Part shown: positions 26,260 through 35,421 of the stretch, in pieces
Position numbering within the stretch: the first letter of the stretch is position 1
Layout of the letters: each line of letters starts with the position of its first letter
Virus record (IMG/VR): IMGVR_UViG_3300050501_000292
Source of the DNA: a virus
DNA length: 64,000 nt
Direction: 5' to 3' (one strand)
The notes under the pieces: generated by a model
The model's input: only the letters and a program-made list of their open reading frames with translations
Databases searched by the model: none
Told to the model about the DNA's origin: nothing
Translations under genes and position numbers: made by a program

Positions 26260-28248
26260 TCAGGTCTCCTTCGTCAGCAGACGCACGAGCACGGTGGACT
26301 GGAACCAGATGTCGCCGCTGTCGGACCAGGAGGTCGCCCCGCCTTCGTCGATGGCCACCGACGAGACCCGTACCTGGTAGGTGGCGTCGCCTTCCTGGTA
26401 GACGACCAGCTGGTTCGACGAGGCGAGCGCGTCGAGCAGCCGCACCTCCTCCAGCGGGTCCTGGGGCTCGTCGACCTCGCGCAGCGTGCGGACCTTGGTC
26501 TTGAGGACGATCGGCAGGATGATCTCGGTGACGCGCTTGGGCCGGGGCAGCGAGTTCAGGACCCACGAGCGGATGCAGGGCCCGGTAGTGGGGTCCGCGA
26601 CGTCGCGGAACGCGGTGATGGTCAGGGACGCCGACCGGCCGACGCCGGCCGCCTGGTCGAGCACGGAGACGACCGAGCCGTTGGCGTCGTTGGAGCCGAG
26701 ACTGCGCTCGAAGTCGTCGGCGAAGCGGATTGTCGCTCCGACCGCGCCGGCGAGCGCGTCGTGGTGGATCTCGACCCCGGTGAAGATCTTGTCGGCGAGC
26801 ACCGAGTAGCGGATGTCGCCGACCTCGAGGTCGCCCCGGATGGCCTGGTACTGGGACTCGCCCCAGATGCCGCTGGCCGACACGGCGAAGTAGGTGCGGC
26901 CGTTGTGGCGGGCGATGCCAGTGACGGCGCCCTGCGTGGTGGCCATCATGTCCGACGCGTACGCGGGCACGAAGGTGTCGGGCGAGGTGACGACGCTCAG
27001 GTCGGCACGGCCCATGCCGGTGCTGATCGTGTCGTAGTTCGTCCAGCCGAACCAGCAGAAGCGGCCGAAGACGTCCAGGGACTTCACGCCGCCCGGGACC
27101 TCGATCAGCTCGCCGATCGACAGCTTGCGTTCGGTGACCGTGGCGACCCGCAGGCCGAGGCTTGTGCCCAGGATCACAAGACCCTGGTACTGGGCCATCA
27201 CGTTGATGGTCTCGCCTCGGGGGAGGTCCCCGGCGAACACCGGGGCGGTCAGCGCGGTGTCGGTCGCCGACGGGGTGATGGCGTAGAACTCGGAGACGTC
27301 GTTCGCCGTGCCGGCCGCGAAGATGGCCTCGGGGTGGCCGACGATCGCCTTCCACGCCCAGCCGGTGCGGGGGTCGTCGCGGATCGTCGTGGTGGTGCCG
27401 GTCGACGAGATCTCGTAGAGCAGCTTGCCGTCGGCGCCGATGAGCCGGCCGTTGGCGAACTGGACGATGTCGGGGGTGGCAGCTCCCAGCGTGCTGTCCG
27501 TCGACCCGCCGACGTCGACGACCTTGAGCACGTTGACCCCGCCGAACGCGAGGAAGATGCGGTTGCCGTCGGTGGTGACGTCGATGATCGTGTTGTCGCA
27601 GTCGACCGAGCTGAACGTCGGGCTTTCCAGCGTCGGATCGGTCGTGTTGCGGAGGAACTGGCCGTCGACGATGTAGAGCCGGCCGCCGACCTCGAAGGTG
27701 TCGAGGTTCGTGGCGCTGCTTACCAGCTTGCGGGATGTGTCGGGGTGCAGGCACAGCTGGCCGCGGACCCAGGGGTCGAAGCCCTTGGAGCGCAGGAACC
27801 GCTTCCTGCTGGAGGTCTCGACGTCGAAGAGTTCCTGGCCGGCGCCTTCGGTCCAATCGGTCTGTTCGCGGTGCCAGAATCCCATCCGGGACAGGGACTT
27901 CTCGCCGGCTTCGGAGGCGTCGTCGGTCTGGGGGGTGTTCGAGTCGAGGATGGTGCGCTGGTAGCGCAGGACGTCGATCAGGTAGGTGCGGCCGTTGAGG
28001 GCGACGTTCCAGCCCACGAGCGACTTCTCGCTGGCGGCGCCGCCAACCGCGCCGAAGAAGTCGGCGTCGAGGTCGTCGTCGATGGAGCCGCCGCCGGTGA
28101 GGAACCCGGGGGCCTCCGCGCCGAGAGCCGAGTAGTACGAGCGGAGCATCCACGCGCGGTCCTGGGCGTCCTCGGCGCCGACATCGGGGAAGATGACGGC
28201 CTGGTCGAGGAGCGCTACATGACGCCGGTCGCGCGTGTTGATCGCCAC
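26260..28248 (-). CDS. Tail structural protein (nozzle/beta-propeller-like)
   Basis: 662 aa, beta-rich, in the tail cluster; FDPW.RGQL.L motif. Confidence 0.6.
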   Translation of the reverse strand: MAINTRDRRHVALLDQAVIFPDVGAEDAQDRAWMLRSYYSALGAEAPGFLTGGGSIDDDLDADFFGAVGGAASEKSLVGWNVALNGRTYLIDVLRYQRTILDSNTPQTDDASEAGEKSLSRMGFWHREQTDWTEGAGQELFDVETSSRKRFLRSKGFDPWVRGQLCLHPDTSRKLVSSATNLDTFEVGGRLYIVDGQFLRNTTDPTLESPTFSSVDCDNTIIDVTTDGNRIFLAFGGVNVLKVVDVGGSTDSTLGAATPDIVQFANGRLIGADGKLLYEISSTGTTTTIRDDPRTGWAWKAIVGHPEAIFAAGTANDVSEFYAITPSATDTALTAPVFAGDLPRGETINVMAQYQGLVILGTSLGLRVATVTERKLSIGELIEVPGGVKSLDVFGRFCWFGWTNYDTISTGMGRADLSVVTSPDTFVPAYASDMMATTQGAVTGIARHNGRTYFAVSASGIWGESQYQAIRGDLEVGDIRYSVLADKIFTGVEIHHDALAGAVGATIRFADDFERSLGSNDANGSVVSVLDQAAGVGRSASLTITAFRDVADPTTGPCIRSWVLNSLPRPKRVTEIILPIVLKTKVRTLREVDEPQDPLEEVRLLDALASSNQLVVYQEGDATYQVRVSSVAIDEGGATSWSDSGDIWFQSTVLVRLLTKET

Positions 28249-28249
28249 G

Positions 28250-29050
28250 TCAGGAGAACTCGCCTCTCGTGAACGTGGTGCCGTCGTCGCTCTTGGTGCT
28301 GGTGGCGATGGTGGCGCTGTCGGCGTCGTTGCGCAGCACCTCGGTGGTGGCCGTCTGGGTGCGCTTGTTGCGCGCCATCACGAACAGGAACTCGATCGCC
28401 GCCTTGAGCGTGCCGTTGACGGCCGGGACGCCGGACGGCTCGGACATCGTCTGCGCCCAGAGGTTCGCGGTGATCTCGAGCACGGCGCTGAGCGCCAGGG
28501 CGTCGTTGTCGATGGCGTCGGTGGCGATCTTGGCGGCGGTCAGGAAGTTGTCGGCGAACTTCGGCGCCGTGAAGACGCCGTCCTGGAACTTCGCGGTCTG
28601 GAACGCGTCGGCGGCGATGGCGGCGGCGGTGATGACCCCGGCCGCGAAGGCCCCCACCGTCACCTGGCCGGACGCGTCCACGGCCAGCGACCGGCCGGAC
28701 ACCGCGGGGAACGCGAGGTCGCGCAGGCCCCGAGGCTCGGGGTTCAGGATGATCGAGGTGTCGGTGATCGACGGGTCGGTGACCCGGGCCTGGATAGCGA
28801 CCGTGTCGGCGTTCATCTCGGTGGACGTCAGGTCGAGGAAGTAGAGGCCGCCGCCGATCTCGCTGACGCTGTTGGTCGAGTTGGCCTGGGAGCCGCCGTC
28901 CTTCGAGACCCGGACCTTGCCGCTGCCGCCGCCGAGGCTGGTCTCGAACGTGACGCCGGAGACCATCTCGCCGTCGGTGTTGCGCACCGCGAACGTCGTC
29001 CGGTAGGCGGCGTTCTTGATCGGGATGTACTTGGCGTCGGATGCAACCAT
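28250..29050 (-). CDS. Virion fibre-like protein with 10-aa repeats
   Basis: ITAAAIAADA/FQTAKFQDGV/FTAPKFADNF/LTAAKIATDA. Confidence 0.6.
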   Translation of the reverse strand: MVASDAKYIPIKNAAYRTTFAVRNTDGEMVSGVTFETSLGGGSGKVRVSKDGGSQANSTNSVSEIGGGLYFLDLTSTEMNADTVAIQARVTDPSITDTSIILNPEPRGLRDLAFPAVSGRSLAVDASGQVTVGAFAAGVITAAAIAADAFQTAKFQDGVFTAPKFADNFLTAAKIATDAIDNDALALSAVLEITANLWAQTMSEPSGVPAVNGTLKAAIEFLFVMARNKRTQTATTEVLRNDADSATIATSTKSDDGTTFTRGEFS

Positions 29051-29051
29051 G

Positions 29052-29933
29052 TCACGCCACCTTCATCGGGTAGAGGGTTCGCAGTCGCCGCTTCTCCTCC
29101 TCGAGCCGCAGGTCGCGGATCGCCTTGTACGCGGAGGCGGCGCGCATCTGGTCACCGGGCTCGACCTCGTCGGCGGCCCGGGGTTCGGGCTGGGAGCCGT
29201 CGTCGAGCCGGGACGACTCCTCCGAGGACAGGGCCCGCCACGCGATCCCGTAGAACGCGGCGTCGTGGAGGCGCTCGGTGATCCCGACGGTCGCCAGGTC
29301 GGTGGTGAGGCTGTCGACGGCGCTCACGTCGAAGGACTGGGCGTAGGTGAGGATCAGCGTGCTGGCGAAGGACTGGCGCGGCAGGATCAGCGCGTTGCCG
29401 GACGCGAACTCGCTGGTCGGTAGGCCCTGCTCGACCCGGAACGACCGGGCCGGGACCGTCTTCCACGCCCGCGTCGAGACCTTCTGGCGGAGCTCGAGCG
29501 GCCACAAGAACCGGGTCAGGGGGAGGTCCACAGCCCGGCTCGTCGCGCCCAGCGACACCGTGACGTCCTTGACCCCGTAGATGCCGTCGCCCCACGAGCG
29601 GATCTCGTCGGTGAGGTGGTCGAGCAGGTCGGCGGTGAACCAGCGCCAGTTGATCTCGACGCGGGTGCCGGCCGCGTGGGTCGTCGGCTGCGGGGTGTCG
29701 TCGACGCCGCGGAGGACGTTGAGCTGGTTCTGCTCCTCGTCGACCGAGGTGACGACGAGGATCTCGGCGCCGAGGCACAGGTAGTCGTCGACCTGCACCT
29801 TGCTGGGCGGGGCGGTGAGCCGCAGGAACGTCTGGCCGGACGGCACCGCCTCGGACAGCAGACGGAACGGCTCGCGCTTCGAGCCCCGCAGCCGTCGGCG
29901 GGCCTTGGCGACGAGGGCGTTGATCGTCGCCAT
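29052..29933 (-). CDS. Head-tail adaptor-like virion protein
   Basis: Position after capsid genes; TGATG-coupled start MATINAL. Confidence 0.55.
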   Translation of the reverse strand: MATINALVAKARRRLRGSKREPFRLLSEAVPSGQTFLRLTAPPSKVQVDDYLCLGAEILVVTSVDEEQNQLNVLRGVDDTPQPTTHAAGTRVEINWRWFTADLLDHLTDEIRSWGDGIYGVKDVTVSLGATSRAVDLPLTRFLWPLELRQKVSTRAWKTVPARSFRVEQGLPTSEFASGNALILPRQSFASTLILTYAQSFDVSAVDSLTTDLATVGITERLHDAAFYGIAWRALSSEESSRLDDGSQPEPRAADEVEPGDQMRAASAYKAIRDLRLEEEKRRLRTLYPMKVA

Positions 29934-30223
29934 CAGCCGACGAAGATCGACCCCGCGAGCGCGCCTGACACGCGGTCGATGAACACGCCGTTGGGTGCCT
30001 GGACGCCGTCGGGGCCGAACCACGCGGTGTTCGTCGGGTTGAGGGACGCGGCACCGATCTTGATGACGCCGAGGATCGTGCCGGTCGCCGAGCCGTCGCG
30101 GATGAGGGCCTCGGCCGCCGCCGCGGCGGTCTCCTCGATCGTCCAGCCGTACAGGATGCGGGGGGTGCCGGTGAGCATCTGGTCGCTGGCCGGGATCGGG
30201 ATGGCTACTGCTTTGGCTGCCAT
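29933..30223 (-). CDS. Small virion protein
   Basis: GAGGG RBS; MAAKAVAIP start; coupled to the next gene. Confidence 0.55.
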   Translation of the reverse strand: MAAKAVAIPIPASDQMLTGTPRILYGWTIEETAAAAAEALIRDGSATGTILGVIKIGAASLNPTNTAWFGPDGVQAPNGVFIDRVSGALAGSIFVG

Positions 30224-30225
30224 GG

Positions 30226-30801
30226 TCAATCTGCCCTCGTGACGGAGACGCCGATGACGTCGACGTTGTCGGTGGATGAGTCCGAGGCGCCGTTGCGCTG
30301 GATGACGAGGTTCAGCAGGCCGGGGACCGGTCCGGCGCCGAGGTCGACGAACTCGACGGGCACACGGGTCGCGATCTCGACCGGGTAGGTCCAGGTCGAC
30401 CCGAGAGCGCCGGAAGGCACGGCCAACGTGACCGGCGACCCGTAGGCGACCGGCGCGCTGCCCGGGTTCTCGCCGAGGTTCGCCTGGAACAGCTCGAGCT
30501 GCCAGGCCATGTTGCCGGCCGGCGCGGCCGCGTAGTCGACGCACGCGAGGCGGACGGTGAAGTTCTTCCAGCCGTCCATCGGCACTTCGCAGAGCTTGAG
30601 GTACTGGTCGGCCGCCCCCGAGAAGCGCCATGACGGATAGCCGGCCTTGCCTCCGATGAGCGGCTGCCAGGTCGCGGTCCCGACCCCGCCAGCGAGGCTC
30701 TGTCCGACGTACCAGATCCGGTCGTGGGCCGTGAGGACCGGACCGGGCATGAACGTGCGGAACTCGGCATCCGTCGGGCCACTGATGTTCCTGTTGACCA
30801 T
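30226..30801 (-). CDS. Virion-associated beta-rich protein
   Basis: GGAGG RBS; follows MCP hairpin. Confidence 0.6.
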   Translation of the reverse strand: MVNRNISGPTDAEFRTFMPGPVLTAHDRIWYVGQSLAGGVGTATWQPLIGGKAGYPSWRFSGAADQYLKLCEVPMDGWKNFTVRLACVDYAAAPAGNMAWQLELFQANLGENPGSAPVAYGSPVTLAVPSGALGSTWTYPVEIATRVPVEFVDLGAGPVPGLLNLVIQRNGASDSSTDNVDVIGVSVTRAD

Positions 30802-30822
30802 GGGGTACCTCCAGTTTCAGGA

Positions 30823-30854
30823 GGGTCCGGCGGCCCCCACGAGCCGCCGGACCC
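30823..30854 (-). terminator. Hairpin after the major capsid gene
   Basis: 12-bp stem GGGTCCGGCGGC/GCCGCCGGACCC. Confidence 0.65.
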
Positions 30855-30862
30855 CAGGTCGA

Positions 30863-31984
30863 TCAGGTCAGAGCGGTGAACTTGTAGGCCCAGCGCTCGG
30901 CCTCGAACTGGAGGCTGCACTCGCCGACGATCATCCCCTTCACGGAGTCGCCGGTGTCCGCCAGCATCTTGAACTGGAACGGACGCAGGGTCTTGATGGT
31001 GGCCTGCTCCCGGGAGAACCCGATCAGGTCGGTCGGCTTGAGCCACCGGTACAGGACGAAGTCGGTGCGGCCGAAGTCGGTGTCGAAGAAGTCGACGGTC
31101 TGGCCGCGGCCGTTGTCCATCCGGCCGAGCCGGATGTCGGTGGACCGCAGACCCGAGATGGCCCGCTTCTGCTTCGAGCCGACGAGGGCCCGGTCGGGTG
31201 CGCCGCCGAGCTTCCACGCGTTCTCGATCTGGTCGAGGAGTCGGGTCTCGGTGATGCCCGAGGCGGTCGAGTCGACGTTCGTGGTGATGTAGAACGTCAT
31301 GCCGCCCATCTGGCGCCACTCGTTGCCGGTGTCCTCGAAGCGGGTGCCGTAGATGAGGCTCTGGTCGACCTTGATGGCCTCTTCCTTGGCGCGGAGGGCC
31401 ATCTGGTAGTCGAACTCGGTGGCGGTGATCCCGTACTTGCGGATCGCCTGCTCGGTGCCGGACACCGACACGCCGGTCGGTCCGAAGATCGACGTGAAGT
31501 TGAACCGGTTCGTGCGGTCCTGGGACCGGGTCTGGCCGGGGTCCGAACCCTCGGGCAGCGCCTCGCCGAGGTCGGTGATGAGCGTGCCGACGGTCGTGTG
31601 CGCGACGGCGGACGTGCCGAACACGCCGCGGGTGACCGTCAGGTGGTCGGTCGCGCCGTACGCGGTGACCCGCATCTTCTCGTTCTCGATCTGGATGACG
31701 TCACCGACCGCGAACCGCAGCTGCTCGCCGGCAGCGACGGTGATGTCGGTGGTGGCGCCATCAGCGATCGAGGCCCCGGTCGTCGACTGGGGCGTGAGCA
31801 GCGTGTCGTCCTGCCACTCGATCTTCTTCTCGAAGCAGGTGCCCCGGCTGAGGGCGGTGCGGCCGTCGGAGCCGTACCCGTTCTGGAGGGGAACCTCCGA
31901 CGGGGACAGCATCCGGATGACCGGGTCGATGTCGACGATGACGCCGACGTTCAGGTCGTAGGTGGCGATGAGGCCCAGGGGCAT
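30863..31984 (-). CDS. Major capsid protein (DUF5309/SU10-like)
   Basis: GAGGAG RBS; N-terminal TYDL.VGV.VD...LSP.EVP, EW.DD.L, N.T.IF..VSGT, GQ..D...TDFG, D..KG..VGE.SL. Confidence 0.82.
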   Translation of the reverse strand: MPLGLIATYDLNVGVIVDIDPVIRMLSPSEVPLQNGYGSDGRTALSRGTCFEKKIEWQDDTLLTPQSTTGASIADGATTDITVAAGEQLRFAVGDVIQIENEKMRVTAYGATDHLTVTRGVFGTSAVAHTTVGTLITDLGEALPEGSDPGQTRSQDRTNRFNFTSIFGPTGVSVSGTEQAIRKYGITATEFDYQMALRAKEEAIKVDQSLIYGTRFEDTGNEWRQMGGMTFYITTNVDSTASGITETRLLDQIENAWKLGGAPDRALVGSKQKRAISGLRSTDIRLGRMDNGRGQTVDFFDTDFGRTDFVLYRWLKPTDLIGFSREQATIKTLRPFQFKMLADTGDSVKGMIVGECSLQFEAERWAYKFTALT

Positions 31985-31995
31985 TGGTCAGCTCC

Positions 31996-32319
31996 TCAAG
32001 TGCTGACGAGGGACCCGGCCCGATCACGCGGCTGGTCGGGGGTGCATCCCGCCCGGCCGGCCTCGTGGCGGTCACGGATCTCGCGTTCGATGGCTCGGTG
32101 GTTGCCGGCCAGCTCTGCGAGGCCGATGACGGAACCGTCAGGGCGGTGGTATGGCGACCCGTTTGCGTTGCGAACGATCCCCCGGTTGAAGCTGTTGGGC
32201 TCGCGCTTGGGGGCGTTCTCAGGATGCAGCCGGGACGGCATCGCGAACGGACTGACCTGGATCGTCTTGACCTTGCACCCGAAGCAGTCGGGTGGGTGGC
32301 CAGAGGACGGCCCGTGCAT
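31996..32319 (-). CDS. Small protein between scaffold and capsid (H..DCFGCK)
   Basis: TGATG overlap with scaffold. Confidence 0.6.
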   Translation of the reverse strand: MHGPSSGHPPDCFGCKVKTIQVSPFAMPSRLHPENAPKREPNSFNRGIVRNANGSPYHRPDGSVIGLAELAGNHRAIEREIRDRHEAGRAGCTPDQPRDRAGSLVST

Positions 32320-32942
32320 CAGGTCCGCGCTCCACCGCTCTTGTCGAGAATGACCCGCTGGTCGCCAGCGATGGCGGACTGCACTACGCGAGCAAGCGCG
32401 GAGCCGACGGCCACCTTCTCAGGTGCGCCGTCTTCCATGGCCGCCTTGTGGACCCGGGCGGCTTCCGCGTAGGGATCGCCCGGCGTCGGCTGGTCGGGGG
32501 GTGCGTTCTCGGCGAGGGCCTGACGTTCCCGGCTGAGGTTGGCTTCGCCTTCCTCGAGCTGGGTGTCGGGCGTCTCGGTCTCCGTCGGCTGAGCGTCTGC
32601 CGGAGGAGGAGTGGCCTCGGGGGTGCTGACCTCGAGCGCGCCGACCGTCTCGGCCTTGGCGCGGATCTTGGCGGGGTCGAGATCGCCGTTGTAGCCGTCG
32701 GCGAAGAACTTGCCCCGCTCGGTGGTCAGGTCGATGCCTGCCTCCAGGAACGCCAGACGCCGCTCGGCCGCCGTGGCCCGGTCCTCGGCCTCCCGACCCT
32801 TGGCGGCGGACTGCTCGAGGGCACGGATGTCGCTGCGCTTCATCCGCACGAGCCGGTCGTCGCGCTGGTCGTTGGGCTGGCTCGGGTCAGGGCTGTCCTG
32901 GCCTGGCGTGTAGACGTCCTCGTATCCGGTGATGTCGCTCAT
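32319..32942 (-). CDS. Capsid scaffolding protein
   Basis: CAGGAGG RBS; acidic/Pro-rich coiled coil upstream of MCP. Confidence 0.7.
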   Translation of the reverse strand: MSDITGYEDVYTPGQDSPDPSQPNDQRDDRLVRMKRSDIRALEQSAAKGREAEDRATAAERRLAFLEAGIDLTTERGKFFADGYNGDLDPAKIRAKAETVGALEVSTPEATPPPADAQPTETETPDTQLEEGEANLSRERQALAENAPPDQPTPGDPYAEAARVHKAAMEDGAPEKVAVGSALARVVQSAIAGDQRVILDKSGGART

Positions 32943-33128
32943 GTCGGCCTCCTGCTGGAACCGGTTCGCGCGCCGTCGCAGGGAGGACGGCACGGTGGCG
33001 GGGTGAGTCGAGGTGGGTCCCCGCTCCCCAGGCAGGGCCTCCAGCACCGTTGGAGCTCGCTCGCCGGTCACGGTGGGACGACCGGTCGAGGGGTGTGGCC
33101 CTAAGGGGCTCGCACACCTGAGCGGGAT

Positions 33129-33175
33129 TCTAGACAGGAAAGTTGGCGAATGACTTGACACGTTCCATGTGGAAC
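33129..33175. promoter_or_regulatory. Triple 12-bp-period box array plus dyad GTTCCA-TG-TGGAAC; candidate head-gene promoter (minus-strand TAGAAT)
   Basis: Seen directly in the 450-bp gap. Confidence 0.6.
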
Positions 33176-33214
33176 ATGCATGATGCTGAGCAACCCCCCC
33201 TCGAAACCCGCTTG

Positions 33215-33250
33215 GAAGCCCCGGCTCTTGATCTCCTCGGCCGGGGCTTC
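33215..33250 (-). terminator. Terminator-like hairpin
   Basis: 11-bp stem GAAGCCCCGGC/GCCGGGGCTTC. Confidence 0.7.
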
Positions 33251-33398
33251 TGCATTCCCGCACCGACGCGCAGTCACAGGCAGAGGCGTGATGTCGGCAT
33301 CGTGGACGCAGCGACGGAGAGCAAGATGGGCGCTGTGACTGGCGACGGACGCTGCGATCTCAGGGTCGAAGTCGCCACAGCCCGCTCTCCGGGACCTG

Positions 33399-34340
33399 CT
33401 AACGGGCCGTTCCCAGCCCCTTCGCGCCGACCCGCTCGCTGCCGGCTGCTCCGCCGCCACCCTGGAACGCGGCCTCGCGCTGCTCACGCCGACGGTTCAT
33501 GTCGGTGGCCGCCTGGCCTCCCCCGGCCAGTCCGAACACGGCGACGACGCCCTGCTCCTCGGCCTGGAGGTCCTGGGTCTCGCTGACGGTCTCATCGAAC
33601 AGCGGCCGGGCCTGGACCAGCGACATCCACCGGTCGGGCGCGCTGTCCATGTCGAAGCCGGACTCGGCGACCTCGAGCGCCTTGTTGCGGCCGAGTGTGA
33701 AGCCGAAGTTGAAGCCGGTGCCGGCGACGCCCGCGGCCTGCACCTGGAGGCGGAGCGTGGGCAGCGCGATGTCGGGGTTCATGAACATGGCCGCCAGTGC
33801 GGCGTCGCCACTCGGGCCGAAGAAGTTCGTGAACGCGTCGCGGACGGCCCGGGGGGCGGTCGCGACGCGACCGAACCCGTCGTTGACGCGGGCGGTCAGC
33901 TCGTTCATCGACACGCCCTTGGCGATGAGGTCGACGAAGTCGGAGGGGTGGTCGTAGAACCCGGGCGGCATCCCGGCCTGGCGCATCAGCGAGATGGCGT
34001 CCTTCTCGTAGGCGAGCACCTCCTGCGGCGAGACCGCGGGCGCGCCCGGGAACAGCTTGCGACGCTGGAAGATGGCGGCGAATCGGTCGCGGAACTCGGG
34101 CCGGTCGTACATCCGCTGCACGAGCTCGGTGCCGCCCGCCCCTTCGACGACGGTGTTGTAGGCCCAGCGCGCCAGCGACGACGGCAGGCTGACGGTCTGG
34201 AACAGGCCGATGAGGTAGGTGAGGACGTCGGGCCGCGGGTTGAAGGGGGTGCTGCCCTTGACCGGCTTGGTCTTGATGTTGGGTGGCGGCGGCACCATGC
34301 CGGGCAGATCGCGCTCCAGGTAGGAGAAGAAGTCGGTCAT
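33399..34340 (-). CDS. Putative internal virion/ejection protein
   Basis: ATGA overlap; helical; in the core-protein cluster. Confidence 0.55.
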   Translation of the reverse strand: MTDFFSYLERDLPGMVPPPPNIKTKPVKGSTPFNPRPDVLTYLIGLFQTVSLPSSLARWAYNTVVEGAGGTELVQRMYDRPEFRDRFAAIFQRRKLFPGAPAVSPQEVLAYEKDAISLMRQAGMPPGFYDHPSDFVDLIAKGVSMNELTARVNDGFGRVATAPRAVRDAFTNFFGPSGDAALAAMFMNPDIALPTLRLQVQAAGVAGTGFNFGFTLGRNKALEVAESGFDMDSAPDRWMSLVQARPLFDETVSETQDLQAEEQGVVAVFGLAGGGQAATDMNRRREQREAAFQGGGGAAGSERVGAKGLGTAR

Positions 34341-35194
34341 CCTGTCGCTCCGAACATCTCGAGGATCGGGCCGGCGGTCTGCGTGAGGCGCTCCCAGGCG
34401 TCGTCGCTGCTGCGCCACTCGGGCTGCATCCGCGCCAGGCGCTCAGACTCAGGGATCGTCATGGGCCGCAGCCCTTCCTTGGGCGACTTGAAGGAGATGA
34501 CCGGCGACCAGCGACGGTCCATCAGGTCGATCTGGTCGGGCGACGTGCCCAAGATCTCGGCGATCGCGTTGCGGTACGGCGTAAAGAACTGGGCGGGGGT
34601 GAGGCCGGCGTCGATGTCCTCGGTGAGGTGGGGAAACCGGGCCTTGGCTAGCCCCGCGAACTGGGCCTGCACCGCGCTGATGTCAGCCGCCCCGGCAGCG
34701 ATGCGCCGGGCCCACTGCCACGCCTGCTGGTCGTTGACCGGGATGAGGTAGGAGGCGGCGACGGCGCGGACGTCGGCCATCGTCTTGCCAAGAAGCCCCT
34801 GGCCGGCGGCGGCGGGCGTGTAGCGGGACTCGGCGACGATCGCGAGGCGGATCTCGTCGTCGTTCCAGCCGAAGCGGTTGGCGCTGGTGGCGAGCTGGCC
34901 GAGCCGCTTCTGGCTGATCGGGATGCCGAGCTGGCCGGACTTGAGGGCGATGGAGAGCGCGGTCTCGTCGACCCGCTGCTCGGCGGTGGCCTGGTCCTGG
35001 GCGACGAGGGCGTCCCAGCGCCGTGACGAGTCCGAGGTCTGCCGCCACCAGTCGGTCTTCGAGATGGCGCCCCGGAGACGGGCTTCGTCCCACCCTTCCT
35101 CGGCGGCACGCAGGATGATGGGTCCGATCTCCGGCTGGTCGATTAGCCAGCCGAGGTACCCGTAGAGGGTCTTGGCGTCGTCGCGGGTGCTCAC
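34337..35194 (-). CDS. Virion protein, paralog of the C-terminal domain of 35418..36767
   Basis: Colinear similarity, e.g. LYGYLGW..GPIILRAA.EGWD.ARL, LAKARFPHL, WSPV..FK. Confidence 0.75.
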   Translation of the reverse strand: MSTRDDAKTLYGYLGWLIDQPEIGPIILRAAEEGWDEARLRGAISKTDWWRQTSDSSRRWDALVAQDQATAEQRVDETALSIALKSGQLGIPISQKRLGQLATSANRFGWNDDEIRLAIVAESRYTPAAAGQGLLGKTMADVRAVAASYLIPVNDQQAWQWARRIAAGAADISAVQAQFAGLAKARFPHLTEDIDAGLTPAQFFTPYRNAIAEILGTSPDQIDLMDRRWSPVISFKSPKEGLRPMTIPESERLARMQPEWRSSDDAWERLTQTAGPILEMFGATG

Positions 35195-35421
35195 GATGCC
35201 TCCATCCGGGCTCGACGGATGCGTCGCCGCTCACGAGCCGAAGTGCCAGCCCGGATTCCCGTGTCGTCAGCCTGGGGGGCTGCGAGTGCCTCCTCCAGGC
35301 ATGGCGAGGCGACGGGGCAGCGAGCGCACACCGCCTTGGCCTCCGTGGCGTTCTCACCGACCCCCGGGTAGAACAGCTCGGGGTCGACCCCCAGACAGGC
35401 CGCCTGGAGTTGCCATCTCAT
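35191..35421 (-). CDS. whiB: WhiB-family transcription factor
   Basis: AAC...DPELFYP..AKAVCARCPV...C..GIRAG.S.RERR. Confidence 0.92.
   Translation of the reverse strand: MRWQLQAACLGVDPELFYPGVGENATEAKAVCARCPVASPCLEEALAAPQADDTGIRAGTSARERRRIRRARMEAS

Noticed and set aside
26044-28272. 742-aa plus-strand ORF (likewise 43607..45661 and 46471..48168)
   Set aside because: Antisense shadows of tail, portal and terminase genes.
33326-33586. Plus-strand ORF after GGAGAGCAAG-ATG
   Set aside because: Arg/Pro-rich, antisense to a late gene; probably spurious.
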